This document shows, in pieces, positions 9,996-19,609 of a stretch of 64,000 bases of DNA. Under the pieces are notes generated by a model, which searched no databases, was not told the origin of the DNA, and saw only the letters and a program-made list of their open reading frames with translations. The first letter of the stretch is position 1. Every line of letters starts with the position of its first letter. The DNA is from Thermoplasmata archaeon (lineage in GTDB: Archaea; Thermoplasmatota; Thermoplasmata; Thermoplasmatales; ARK-15). The stretch spans positions 365 to 64,364 of the forward strand of contig JAGDXS010000002.1 in assembly GCA_023261755.1 (NCBI GenBank). The letters are read 5' to 3'. The translations under genes were made by a program, and so were the position numbers.

Positions 9996-11393
9996 ATGCT
10001 TGAGTATAGAACAGTAAGCCAGATTTCAGGTCCTTTACTTTTTGTAGAGAATGTTGAGAATGCAGGTTATAATGAACTAGTTGAAATCACATTACCCAAT
10101 GGTGAAAAAAGAAGCGGCCAGGTACTTGATACTAGAAAAGGCTTGGCAATAGTGCAGGTTTTTGGCCCGACAACTGGCCTAGATGTGCCTAACACAACCG
10201 TAAAATTCCTTGGCGATATAGTGAGATTGCCTGTTAGTGATGAAATGCTTGGTAGAATTTTCGATGGTCTTGGAAATCCAAGAGATAGTGGAAGCCCATT
10301 ACTTTCAAAAGAAAAAATGGAAATTGTTGGTTATGCAATAAATCCCTATGCAAGGGATGAACCATCTGAATTCATACAGACTGGAATTTCTGCAATAGAT
10401 GGAATGAATACCCTAGTAAGGGGACAAAAATTACCAATATTTTCAGGATCAGGTTTACCGCACAATGAAATAGCGGCTCAGATAGCAAGGCAAGCCAAAG
10501 TCCTTGGTGAAGGTGAAAATTTTGCTGTTATTTTTGCTGCCATGGGAATTACAAGTGAAGAAGCATATTTCTTCATAGATAATTTTAGAAGCACTGGAGC
10601 ATTTGAAAGATCTGTAATGTTTTTAAATCTAGCATCAGACCCGAGTATGGAAAGAATTATAACTCCAAGAATGGCTCTCACTGCAGCAGAATATCTTGCA
10701 TTTGAAAAGGATATGCATGTATTGGTAATTTTAACAGATATGACAAATTATTGTGAAGCTCTTAGGGAAATTTCAGCTGCGAGGGAGGAAGTACCTGGAA
10801 GAAGGGGATACCCTGGCTACATGTACACTGATCTTGCAACATTATATGAAAGGGCTGGAAAAATTAAGGGCAAAAAGGGTTCTGTTACCCAATTTCCTAT
10901 ACTTACCATGCCAGGTGATGATATAACACATCCAATACCAGATTTAACAGGATATATTACAGAAGGTCAGATAGTACTATCAAGGGAACTATTTCACAAG
11001 GGGGTTTATCCACCAATAGATGTTTTAATGAGCCTTTCAAGGTTAATGAACCAGGGCATTGGCAAAGGAAAAACAAGGGAGGATCACAGGGGTGTGGCAG
11101 ATCAATTATATTCATCTTACGCAAGGGGTAGGGATTTAAGAAGCCTGAGCGCAATTGTCGGTGAAGGAGCTTTAACACCAGAAGATAGGTTATTCTTAAA
11201 ATTCGCAGATATATTTGAAAAGAATTTCATTGGCCAAGGCAAAGATGAGGATAGATCAATCATTGATACTTTAGATCTTGGTTGGAAACTTTTATCAAAT
11301 ATACCTGAAAGTGAATTAAAGAGAGTTAAACGCGAACATATTGAAAAATACGGAAGGAGGTTTAGAACTGAGGATGGCTCTTCAGAACATTAA
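9996..11393 (+). CDS. atpB: A-type ATP synthase subunit B
   Basis: 465 aa with strong subunit B signature blocks ([25 protein letters not shown]; [22 protein letters not shown]). Confidence 0.97.
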   Translation: MLEYRTVSQISGPLLFVENVENAGYNELVEITLPNGEKRSGQVLDTRKGLAIVQVFGPTTGLDVPNTTVKFLGDIVRLPVSDEMLGRIFDGLGNPRDSGSPLLSKEKMEIVGYAINPYARDEPSEFIQTGISAIDGMNTLVRGQKLPIFSGSGLPHNEIAAQIARQAKVLGEGENFAVIFAAMGITSEEAYFFIDNFRSTGAFERSVMFLNLASDPSMERIITPRMALTAAEYLAFEKDMHVLVILTDMTNYCEALREISAAREEVPGRRGYPGYMYTDLATLYERAGKIKGKKGSVTQFPILTMPGDDITHPIPDLTGYITEGQIVLSRELFHKGVYPPIDVLMSLSRLMNQGIGKGKTREDHRGVADQLYSSYARGRDLRSLSAIVGEGALTPEDRLFLKFADIFEKNFIGQGKDEDRSIIDTLDLGWKLLSNIPESELKRVKREHIEKYGRRFRTEDGSSEH

Positions 11394-12027
11394 ACCAACA
11401 AGGATGGAATTGCTTAAACTTAAAAAAAGAATCATCCTTGCTAGAAGAGGTCTTGAACTGTTAAAGCTCAAGAGGGCAGCTCTTGTGATGGAATTCTTAA
11501 AATTAATAAAGAAATCTAAGAATTTAAGGGAAGAATTGCAAAGGGCATCTGAAAGAGCCTATGAAACAATAAAAATAGCTGAAATTTATCATGGAACTGT
11601 AGGTTTAGAAAGCGCTTCAATGATGGTTAAAAAAATGTCCGGTATATCATTAAAAACAAGAAATGTTATGGGTATAAGGATTCCAGAACTTGGAAGAACT
11701 TCATTTGAAAATATAATAGATACAAAATATAGATTAATCGGGCTTTCTGCAAAAATAGATCAGGTAATAAAGGATTTTGAACATTACCACAACATAATTT
11801 TGGAAATTGCTGAAACCGAAAATTCAATTAGAAAGCTACTTGCAGAGATAGAAAAAACAAACAGAAGATCAAATGCAATTGAAAAGATTTTAATACCTAA
11901 CTTAGAGCATCAGGCGGTTTATTTAAAAATGAAATTTGATGAAATGGAAAGGGATACGTTTGTTACACTCAAAAAAATAAAGAGTAATCTGGAGAAGAAG
12001 GAAAATGCTGAGACTTTGGTTAATTAA
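11374..12027 (+). CDS. atpD: A-type ATP synthase subunit D
   Basis: [20 protein letters not shown] is the canonical subunit D N-terminus. ATG at 11374 overlaps the atpB end by 20 nt. The ORF-track start at 11341 is an extension. Confidence 0.9.
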   Translation: MALQNIKPTRMELLKLKKRIILARRGLELLKLKRAALVMEFLKLIKKSKNLREELQRASERAYETIKIAEIYHGTVGLESASMMVKKMSGISLKTRNVMGIRIPELGRTSFENIIDTKYRLIGLSAKIDQVIKDFEHYHNIILEIAETENSIRKLLAEIEKTNRRSNAIEKILIPNLEHQAVYLKMKFDEMERDTFVTLKKIKSNLEKKENAETLVN

Positions 12028-12097
12028 AAATCTCTGGAAAATTAACCTGCTCGTGGGAATGATGTTGATATTGATCATGCTAAGGATGGTGATATAA

Positions 12098-12415
12098 ATG
12101 TCAGATTTAAATGAGGATCTTAAAAAAATAAGAGAAGCGGAAGAAATGGTCACTAATATGATAAAAAAGGAAAATGATCTTGCGCAAGCAAGAATAGATG
12201 AAGCCAGAAAAAAGGCAGATGAAATAATAAAAAATGCAGAAGAGGAATTAAATAAAATTAAAAATGATCTTGAAAGAGAGTATAATGAAAAAACAGAAAA
12301 AGAGATAGAAAAATTAAAAAAAGAATGGGAAGAAAAAATGAATAATTTAAAAAAAATAAAAATTGAGAAGGACTTCATTCTTGAAATAATTAAAAATCTT
12401 TTGGAGGAAAAATAA
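12098..12415 (+). CDS. atpH: A-type ATP synthase subunit H (V-type G-like peripheral stalk)
   Basis: 105-aa, highly charged coiled coil (KKIREAEEMV...IDEARKKADEIIKNAEEEL). It overlaps the atpI start by 1 nt. Confidence 0.7.
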   Translation: MSDLNEDLKKIREAEEMVTNMIKKENDLAQARIDEARKKADEIIKNAEEELNKIKNDLEREYNEKTEKEIEKLKKEWEEKMNNLKKIKIEKDFILEIIKNLLEEK

Positions 12416-14367
12416 TGGTACTGAGACCTGTCAAGCTTGTAAAGATATCCGTAATTTCATTAAACGATTATAAAGGGAGGATCATAGATTATTTCCACGA
12501 AAAGGGCGTAATTCAGATTGAAAACGCTGGACCTGAAATACTTTCATATTTTTCTCAGGGATCTATCCCAGATAATTATAGAGAAATTTCTGAACAGCTT
12601 GTTAGGTTTAAAGGAATGGAAAAATATTTAATTCCAAAGAAAACCAATAAAAAATTTAAATTTGAAAATTATGATGAACTAAAAAAAGTAATTAATTCAA
12701 TAAGCATTGATGTTAAATTAAATGAAATACGAGACAGGTTAGAAAAATTAAAAACAATAAAAAAAGGAATTGAAAATGATCTTGAAAGTTTACGCATACT
12801 TAAAAATTTAAAGATTGATGCAATAAATCTTAATTCAAAATCAATATTTTTTATAATAGGGAGAGCCGATGTTGAAAACAGGGATCAATTTTTAAAAGAA
12901 ATATCGTCCCAGAGAGACTTTAATTTTAATATCCACACTAACCATCATCTTGATTTTATTGTAATTGGTCCTAAACCCTTAGAACCTAAGGCTTTGGAAA
13001 TTGTTAATAAATTTAAGCCTGTGATATATCAATTAACAAGGTTTAATGATTCAACAGATAATTTAATAAAAAACCTTGAATCTGAATTAAAAAATTTTGA
13101 AAATGAGGAGATTAATTTAAAAAATGAACTTGATAAAATTTCTGAGGAATATTATGCTCTCATATCCGCTATTTCTGAAGAGCTTGAAATTTACCTAAAA
13201 AAGATGGAAATCAATGTTAAGTTTGGCATGGGAGAAAAAACATTCGCACTTACAGGATGGGTTCCAGAGAGGGAAATTGAAAAAATAGGAAATGATCTAG
13301 ACAAAATTACAAACAGGATGTTTATATTCTCTGTTTTAAAAACACATGAGGAGCCACCAACGCTATTGGAGAATCCAAAGCCAATAAAATTTTTTGAATT
13401 TTTCATAAACTTTTATTCTTTGCCCAATTCACTTGAGTTTGATCCAACACTAATTTTCTCAATTGTTTTCCCAATATTCTTTGGCTTTATGTTAGGTGAT
13501 GTGGGCTATGGTTTTGTAATTCTTTTATTTAGCATTTGGCTTCTGAGAAGGGTAACAAAGCCACCAAAGAAAAGCAAGTTACCTAAGGTAATTTCCAATT
13601 TTGGAAGAACAATGATGTCAAATTGGAGCTGGGGAAGACTAGCAAGGGCATTGATATGGGGTTCAACAATAGGAATTGTCTTCGGCATACTATTTAATGA
13701 GTACTTCGGCATGAGCCTTCCCTACAGGCCTATTCTTGATCCTATTCATGAGGTATCAAAGCTCTTGCTAATAACAGCATGGATAGGTGTAATTTACGTT
13801 ACATATGGGTTAATATTAGGTGCTATTAATCATTATACAATGTACAAATATTATGGTGATCAAGGTAAAAATCACTTGAAGGAAATGTACGGCAGGATAG
13901 GCTGGATATTTATCGCTTGGGGTTTTACACTCCTTGGTTTGTGGCTCCTTAAATGGCCGCCGGTGAATATTATTCTTGGTGTTTACATAAGTATACCATT
14001 TCTTGCCTTGGGTGTTGCACTTCTTCTTATTGGAGAGGGAATATTCTCAATAATGGAAATGGCTTCAATAATAAGTCACATCCTTTCATTTACAAGGATA
14101 ATGGGTGTCCTTCTAGCATCAGTAATTTTGGCCTTTGTTCTTGACAACATATTCATAAAGGCATTGCATTACGGTGTCCCTACTCACATAATAATAGCAT
14201 TTCTTGTTCTTATCATAGGCCATGGTACAAATATCCTTATTGCAATATTTGAACCTGGCATCCAGGGAGCAAGGTTGCATTATGTTGAATTCTTCTCAAA
14301 ATTTTTCCACGGAAATGGAAAACCTTTTCAACCTTTTACCTCCCAGAGGAAATATACAGAAAAATAA
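12415..14367 (+). CDS. atpI: A-type ATP synthase subunit I (stator a-subunit)
   Basis: 650 aa with a soluble N-terminal half and a C-terminal multi-TM domain carrying the conserved Arg region (ISHILSFTRIMGVLLAS). Confidence 0.9.
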   Translation: MVLRPVKLVKISVISLNDYKGRIIDYFHEKGVIQIENAGPEILSYFSQGSIPDNYREISEQLVRFKGMEKYLIPKKTNKKFKFENYDELKKVINSISIDVKLNEIRDRLEKLKTIKKGIENDLESLRILKNLKIDAINLNSKSIFFIIGRADVENRDQFLKEISSQRDFNFNIHTNHHLDFIVIGPKPLEPKALEIVNKFKPVIYQLTRFNDSTDNLIKNLESELKNFENEEINLKNELDKISEEYYALISAISEELEIYLKKMEINVKFGMGEKTFALTGWVPEREIEKIGNDLDKITNRMFIFSVLKTHEEPPTLLENPKPIKFFEFFINFYSLPNSLEFDPTLIFSIVFPIFFGFMLGDVGYGFVILLFSIWLLRRVTKPPKKSKLPKVISNFGRTMMSNWSWGRLARALIWGSTIGIVFGILFNEYFGMSLPYRPILDPIHEVSKLLLITAWIGVIYVTYGLILGAINHYTMYKYYGDQGKNHLKEMYGRIGWIFIAWGFTLLGLWLLKWPPVNIILGVYISIPFLALGVALLLIGEGIFSIMEMASIISHILSFTRIMGVLLASVILAFVLDNIFIKALHYGVPTHIIIAFLVLIIGHGTNILIAIFEPGIQGARLHYVEFFSKFFHGNGKPFQPFTSQRKYTEK

Positions 14368-14372
14368 TTTTT

Positions 14373-15362
14373 TTATATGCTTACCCCTAGAATAGCATGG
14401 ATGACATTTCCAATTATGTAAGTGCCCACAGCAGCAATGATTGTTAGGCTCACTGTCCTAAGAGCGCTCTTTAATATAGGTGTTCCAGAGAGAAGGGAAA
14501 TGATTATGCTGGTTGTTGATTGTGCTATTATCACCAAGATGAATGATAATATTAAAGCTTCAATTCCACCTATGAAAAAGAATGAAATTATTGGGAACAT
14601 GGCACCAATTATATAGAACAAACCTGTGTTTATTGCTGAAGATAACGGATTTGAAAAACTTTCATCCTCTTTCTTTATTTCCTCACCTTTGATTTCACTC
14701 TTTATCCTTTCTAGTTTTACCTGGGAATCACTGTAATCCTTCTGTGCCTTTACAGAAAGGTATGCCCCAATGGCCATGGATAAACTTCCTGAAATGCCCA
14801 CAACAAGGCCTCCCAAGGCAACAAATATTGATTTCATGAGAACTGGTGCTAGCCCGGAAACTGATGCCAATACTTCAACAAGCCCATCAGACATGCCATA
14901 AACTGCATCCCTTATTTTTTCCGTTCTCTTTGCTATTTTTTCTTCACTCTCTTCGAAAAAATCTTCATGGAAAATTTCATCATTTATTATATTTTTTAAT
15001 ATCCTTCTCTGATTCTCATCAAGGTCGGAATTTTTTAAATAATCCATGTATTTTTTTATTGCCTCCGTCTCTCCCCTTTCAAGGATCTTTAATGTTAATG
15101 AGAGACCTAAAATGTACCTTAAGATTATGGAAAAGTATATTGATGATTTTCTAAGCCTAATTCCTTCCACTTTTATATTATTGCTTTTAAGCAACAATGA
15201 AAAAAATAAGGAATGTTCTTTCTCCACTTTAGATAAATTTTTTAAAGATTCTTTGAGCTCAGGGTTCTTTTCTATCTTCGATAATTTATCGTATACATAG
15301 TGGTCCTTAAGCTCACCCTTGTAATATTTAATTGTTAGGGCAATAAATTCTTTTTTATCCAT
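14373..15362 (-). CDS. Ferritin-like (rubrerythrin-type) domain fused to a VIT1/CCC1 family Fe/Mn transporter
   Basis: Two ExxH diiron motifs (VEKEHSLFF; DEIFHEDFF) are followed by the VIT1 signature YGMSDGLVEVLASVSG and TM helices. Confidence 0.8.
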   Translation of the reverse strand: MDKKEFIALTIKYYKGELKDHYVYDKLSKIEKNPELKESLKNLSKVEKEHSLFFSLLLKSNNIKVEGIRLRKSSIYFSIILRYILGLSLTLKILERGETEAIKKYMDYLKNSDLDENQRRILKNIINDEIFHEDFFEESEEKIAKRTEKIRDAVYGMSDGLVEVLASVSGLAPVLMKSIFVALGGLVVGISGSLSMAIGAYLSVKAQKDYSDSQVKLERIKSEIKGEEIKKEDESFSNPLSSAINTGLFYIIGAMFPIISFFFIGGIEALILSFILVIIAQSTTSIIISLLSGTPILKSALRTVSLTIIAAVGTYIIGNVIHAILGVSI

Positions 15363-15866
15363 TCAATCACCCAGTAATTCGAAATATGATCTCCTTTCTA
15401 AGTTGTTCAATCCTAAACTTTTTGCTAGTTCCAATATTTTTTCTTTTCCCTTTTCTAAGTTCCCAAATGTTTCAATTTCTATGAAGTATCCCAAGTTTTC
15501 AACATTATCTAAACATATTTCAAGATCATTCAATTTATAAATTTTTCTAATTTTTTTAACCTTCCCTGCTAGCTTAAATCCCAAATTTTCTAGAATTTCC
15601 AAAATATTTTTTTCTGATTTTACCTCAATCTCCTTTCTTGATTTTGTTTCCAAATCTATTTTAGGCCCTTTGTAGGTGATGAAATATTCATTATTTTCAT
15701 ATCTAATCCTTAATGCTTCATCAGTTTTTTTAAAATCCCTGCATGGATGGTTATAGTAATAATCTATCTGCTCAATCATTTTTAAAAAAGTGGCATTTTT
15801 TTCAATTATTTTTCTTTCAATTTTATCAAGATTATCAATTTTCGCTTTTATTTCTATTTCGTACAT
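15363..15866 (-). CDS. CYTH-domain triphosphate tunnel metalloenzyme (CyaB/ThTPase family)
   Basis: N-terminal ExExK motif (MYEIEIKAKI) and ~167 aa of alternating beta-strand pattern. Its stop codon abuts the VIT1 start codon with no gap. Confidence 0.8.
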   Translation of the reverse strand: MYEIEIKAKIDNLDKIERKIIEKNATFLKMIEQIDYYYNHPCRDFKKTDEALRIRYENNEYFITYKGPKIDLETKSRKEIEVKSEKNILEILENLGFKLAGKVKKIRKIYKLNDLEICLDNVENLGYFIEIETFGNLEKGKEKILELAKSLGLNNLERRSYFELLGD

Positions 15867-16341
15867 GTGAATCCCTCTTCTCATTCTTTTTTATTTCAGA
15901 ATCTAATAAAAATAATTTTTTATTCAATATTTTATTTAATTGTTTAATTATGAAATACATAACAATGGCAACGGCAATTGCAATTACCCAAGTCCAGATG
16001 CTATAAATTGATGCTGAAAAATAAACTATTTCTATAATCAATATATCAAAAAGATACAAAAGAAATATTATTAAAAATATTACATAAGTGCCTAGAAAGA
16101 GGAATATAACTGCAACGAACAGGGCAAGTATTGCATAAAGATATGATGACGTATAACCATAAAAAAGTATACCAAGGCCTAAAAAAACAAGACCTGATAA
16201 CAAGACACCCACAAGAATGTATCTAATCGATTCTACATAGACCATTACCTCAAATGAGATTATTATGCTTAAAGCAATTAAAAGAATCAATGCACCAAAA
16301 TTATTTTTAAATAATTCGAGTATAAAATTTAAATTTATCAT
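15835..16341 (-). CDS. Polytopic membrane protein, unknown family
   Basis: 168 aa, ~5 predicted TM helices and a charged C-terminal tail. Overlaps the upstream gene by 4 nt and the CYTH gene by 32 nt. Confidence 0.5.
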   Translation of the reverse strand: MINLNFILELFKNNFGALILLIALSIIISFEVMVYVESIRYILVGVLLSGLVFLGLGILFYGYTSSYLYAILALFVAVIFLFLGTYVIFLIIFLLYLFDILIIEIVYFSASIYSIWTWVIAIAVAIVMYFIIKQLNKILNKKLFLLDSEIKKNEKRDSHVRNRNKSEN

Positions 16342-16814
16342 ATTCTCTCACCCTCGGGTAAGAATAATTTTCTTTTTATCAATAAAAACATATAAAAAGT
16401 TATTATTGAACTTATAAATATAACTACTATAAATGTTGAAATTAAAAGGTAAGAATTTAGGTAATATTTTATCGCAGGGAAAATTAACAAAAAATAACCT
16501 AGCATAAATAAATTTATGACTGTCATTGAATAACCATTTTTAAATGCAAGGTAAAGAAATGGCATGAAAACTAATAAAGAAATGAATATAGCTATTAGTA
16601 GTTTTGAGACCAAGCTAAAATAGTAACCTAAAATAGCCATCATAAATAATATATAAAAAAGAAAAAACAATGGTTTAAAGTATTTTGAAAACATGATCAT
16701 CAATATTCCTATTATTATGATGACTATGCCATAAAAAGTTGATTTTTCCAATAGAAAATTTATTAAATACGTTATTATCGAAGGTAGATGAGATCCTAGC
16801 CATGAAGTCGACAT
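16338..16814 (-). CDS. Polytopic membrane protein, unknown family
   Basis: 158 aa, ~5 predicted TM helices. First gene of the minus-strand operon. Confidence 0.5.
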   Translation of the reverse strand: MSTSWLGSHLPSIITYLINFLLEKSTFYGIVIIIIGILMIMFSKYFKPLFFLFYILFMMAILGYYFSLVSKLLIAIFISLLVFMPFLYLAFKNGYSMTVINLFMLGYFLLIFPAIKYYLNSYLLISTFIVVIFISSIITFYMFLLIKRKLFLPEGERI

Positions 16815-16924
16815 CGCAATTGAAATAATTTAAATAAATATTAATTTTTTGCTATAATTTATTAAATTAAAAAGATCTATTTCATAAAAAATCATTTAAA
16901 ATTTTAATAAGAAAAAATTTAAAT

Positions 16925-16938
16925 TAATGTTAACATTA
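16925..16938. promoter_or_regulatory. 14-bp perfect palindrome TAATGTTAACATTA (candidate DtxR/MntR-type operator)
   Basis: Perfect dyad lying 10 nt upstream of the likely dtxR-like ATG (16948), in the divergent spacer. GTTAAC/ATTAAC half-sites recur at 16951 and 16962, giving 22- and 11-nt phasing. Confidence 0.35.
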
Positions 16939-16947
16939 TCTTTTTTT

Positions 16948-17592
16948 ATGGTTAACGATAAATTAACTAGAGAGCAAGAAGACTATATAATAAAAATATT
17001 CGAATTTGAAGAAAGTTTTGGAATTACAAAATTAACAGATCTTTCTAAAATTTTAAATTATTCAACAGGTGCAATTAATGATGAAATTAAAAGGTTTGAA
17101 AAAATGGGTATTGTAGTAAGAATTCCATATAAAGGAATCATACTTTCAGAATATGGAAAAAAAATAGCTGAAAATGTAACAAGAAAACATAGAATTGCTG
17201 AAGCATTCCTTTATTATGTATTAAATGTTCCATGGGAAAAATGCCATTTATTATCGTCAGATATGGAACATGCAGTAAATGGCCAACTTGAAAAATATAT
17301 ATTGAAAAAGTTAAAAAATTTAAAGCAATGCCCACATGGAAATCCTTTTCAAATCACAAATACAAAGGATGAAAAAAAACTATTAGAAGCTGAATTAAAT
17401 GTAAGTTATATAATTAATAGAATAACATTTGAAGAGTCTGACATTCTTATAAAATATAAAACTTTTGGAATATTACCTGGAGAAAAAATAAAAATTTTAG
17501 AAAAAAATGAATTCGGTGCTTTGGTAAATACAAAAAAAGGAAAATTCATTCTAGACAATGATGACCTGTTGATAATCAGGGTGAAAGAATGA
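16948..17592 (+). CDS. DtxR/MntR-family metal-dependent transcriptional repressor with a C-terminal FeoA/SH3-like domain
   Basis: MVNDKLTREQEDYIIKIF..., a metal-site region (RKHRIAEAFLYYVLNVPWEKCHLLSSDMEHAV) and an FeoA-like tail. ATG at 16948 fits the family N-terminus better than 16927. Confidence 0.85.
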   Translation: MVNDKLTREQEDYIIKIFEFEESFGITKLTDLSKILNYSTGAINDEIKRFEKMGIVVRIPYKGIILSEYGKKIAENVTRKHRIAEAFLYYVLNVPWEKCHLLSSDMEHAVNGQLEKYILKKLKNLKQCPHGNPFQITNTKDEKKLLEAELNVSYIINRITFEESDILIKYKTFGILPGEKIKILEKNEFGALVNTKKGKFILDNDDLLIIRVKE

Positions 17593-18800
17593 AAAATAAG
17601 ATTCTGAAACTCCTTTCAATACTTGGTCCAGGCTGGATAGTAATGATCGCAGATGTTGATGCACCAAGTGTTTTTACTGCACTTGTATCTGGATCAAATT
17701 ATGGATTGAGCTTAACTTGGTTACTTCTATTATTAGTAATTCCACTTTATTTTGTTCAGGAAAGTGCCGCCAGGCTCGGAATGATAACAAAAAAGGGTTT
17801 CGGTTTGCTAATAAAAGAAAATTTTGGAAAGCCCCTTACTTTTCTTTCCATTGGAGCAATGGTAGTTATAAATCTAATAGCATTCGTTGGAGAATTTGCA
17901 GGTATAGGTGTAGCGGGATTGATTTTTGGTATTCCTATACCAATAGCAATAACGCTTGCAGTTATATTCCATACATTCATTGTAATACGTGGCAGCTATA
18001 AAAAAGTTGAAAATATTCTTTTATACATTACACTCCTCCTCTTTACCTTTTTCATATCTGCAATAGTTAGTAGACCATCCATTGAAGTTCTTAAAACAAT
18101 AATTTCATCACCAAATTTCCTGAATTTTAGTTATATTGAACTTGTTCTTGCAAATATTGGTGCAGTAATAATGCCCTGGATGATCTTTTACCATGAGAGT
18201 GCAGTTGTAGACAAAAAACTTGAAATCAGGGATATAAAAAATGAAAGGAAAGAATCTTTGTTTGGTGCAATAATAAGTGAAGCATTAATGGTAGCTATTA
18301 TGTTCACATCAGCATCAATGTTCTATGGTAAAATGTCCAACGATGTGGGTATTCTTAACCTTTCAAGAGTATTTGCACCATATGCTGGAACTGTATCGCC
18401 CTACATATTCGGTGTTGGAATTTTAGGTGCAGGTATACTTTCAGGTGTAGTAATATCACTTTCTTCCTCATGGTCGATTGCAGATTATTTCAATTTACCG
18501 AGCAGCTTAAATTACAAATTTTTCCAGGCCAAGGTATTTTACACATTTTATTTCCTTGAAGTAATACCATCAGCTATATTTACAATCCTATTCCCAGATC
18601 TTGTTAACCTAATGATAAATGCAATGGTTCTTAACACAATTCTATTGCCTATACCATTATATTTCCTGATAAAACTTTCATCAGACAAAAAAATACTTGG
18701 AAATTACAGGAATTCAAAATTAACAAATCTAATTTTATGGATCACCTGGATTTTAATATTAGTATCTGTTTCAGTAACAATATTTGCATTCTTCAGATAA
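17589..18800 (+). CDS. mntH: NRAMP-family divalent metal (Mn2+/Fe2+) transporter
   Basis: 403 aa, ~11 TM helices, N-terminal GPGWIVMIADVDAPS (NRAMP DPGN-like region). Overlaps the repressor gene by 4 nt. Confidence 0.85.
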   Translation: MKNKILKLLSILGPGWIVMIADVDAPSVFTALVSGSNYGLSLTWLLLLLVIPLYFVQESAARLGMITKKGFGLLIKENFGKPLTFLSIGAMVVINLIAFVGEFAGIGVAGLIFGIPIPIAITLAVIFHTFIVIRGSYKKVENILLYITLLLFTFFISAIVSRPSIEVLKTIISSPNFLNFSYIELVLANIGAVIMPWMIFYHESAVVDKKLEIRDIKNERKESLFGAIISEALMVAIMFTSASMFYGKMSNDVGILNLSRVFAPYAGTVSPYIFGVGILGAGILSGVVISLSSSWSIADYFNLPSSLNYKFFQAKVFYTFYFLEVIPSAIFTILFPDLVNLMINAMVLNTILLPIPLYFLIKLSSDKKILGNYRNSKLTNLILWITWILILVSVSVTIFAFFR

Positions 18801-18836
18801 AAAATTAAATAACAAATTACCATGATCTAGGATGAA

Positions 18837-18911
18837 GGGCGCATGGCCTAGCATGGATAGGGCGGCAGCCTCCTAAGCTGTAGGTCGGGGGTCCAAATCC
18901 CCCTGCGCCCG
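18837..18911 (+). tRNA. tRNA-Arg (anticodon CCU)
   Basis: Perfect 7-bp acceptor stem (GGGCGCA/TGCGCCC), anticodon stem GCAGC/GCTGT with loop CTCCTAA, T arm GGGGG-TCCAAAT-CCCCC, discriminator G. 75 nt, no encoded CCA and no intron. Confidence 0.9.
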
Positions 18912-18917
18912 CTAAAT

Positions 18918-19316
18918 ATGTACAAAGTTTTTGAGCACACGGCAGACATTGGAATTGAAGTTGAGAGCGAAAATATTGAAAGGGCTTTTGAAGAGGCAGC
19001 ATATGCAATGATTTCATTATCTGTTAACATTGAAAATGTGAATGTTAAAGAAAAAAGGGAAATAAAAATAAATGCAAATTCCCTTGAATCTTTACTTGTG
19101 AAATTCTTAAATGAGATTCTTTATCTATTTGATGCAGAACAATTTGTAACAAAAATGACCAAGGTAAGGATTCAAAACCTTGATCTTTATTCTGAGCTTA
19201 GTGGAGAAAAATATGATAGATCAAGGCATGGATCTTATCTTGTAATTAAAGCCGTTACTTACCACATGATTGCTGTAGATCCATCAGGAAAATTAAGGGT
19301 TATTTTCGATATTTAA
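18918..19316 (+). CDS. Archease (RtcB tRNA-ligase / tRNA methyltransferase cofactor)
   Basis: MYKVFEHTADIGIEVES... and C-terminal IKAVTYHM are canonical archease motifs. 132 aa. Confidence 0.9.
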   Translation: MYKVFEHTADIGIEVESENIERAFEEAAYAMISLSVNIENVNVKEKREIKINANSLESLLVKFLNEILYLFDAEQFVTKMTKVRIQNLDLYSELSGEKYDRSRHGSYLVIKAVTYHMIAVDPSGKLRVIFDI

Positions 19317-19609
19317 AGACCTAAAAGTTTCCTTGCCTCTTCGCTTATTCTGTCAACAGACCATGGAGGGTCCCAAACCAGCTCTATCTGTACATCCTTT
19401 ACACCGGGTACTTGTTTTATTTTATTTTCAGCATCTGCAAGTATCCATGATGTAAGTGGGCATCCAGGTGTTGTCATTGTCATTTTTATGTACACATTAT
19501 CATCATTAACTTTTATTTCGTATACAAGGCCTAAATTTATCACATCAAGGCCTATTTCAGGATCAATGACAGTTTTCAATACATCTATAATATCTTCCTT
19601 TTTTACCAT
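19313..19609 (-). CDS. DUF59/MIP18-family Fe-S cluster assembly protein (SufT/PaaD-like)
   Basis: VIDPEIGLDVINLGLVYEI and TMTTPGCPL motifs. ATG at 19609 (MVKKEDII). The ORF-track start is 19630. Confidence 0.75.
   Translation of the reverse strand: MVKKEDIIDVLKTVIDPEIGLDVINLGLVYEIKVNDDNVYIKMTMTTPGCPLTSWILADAENKIKQVPGVKDVQIELVWDPPWSVDRISEEARKLLGL

Noticed and set aside
18817-19030. Two minus-strand ORFs (66 and 60 aa) with unusually GC-rich, P/R/G-rich translations.
   Set aside because: They are read through the tRNA-Arg gene and the archease 5' end. The GC richness comes from the tRNA, not from a coding signal.
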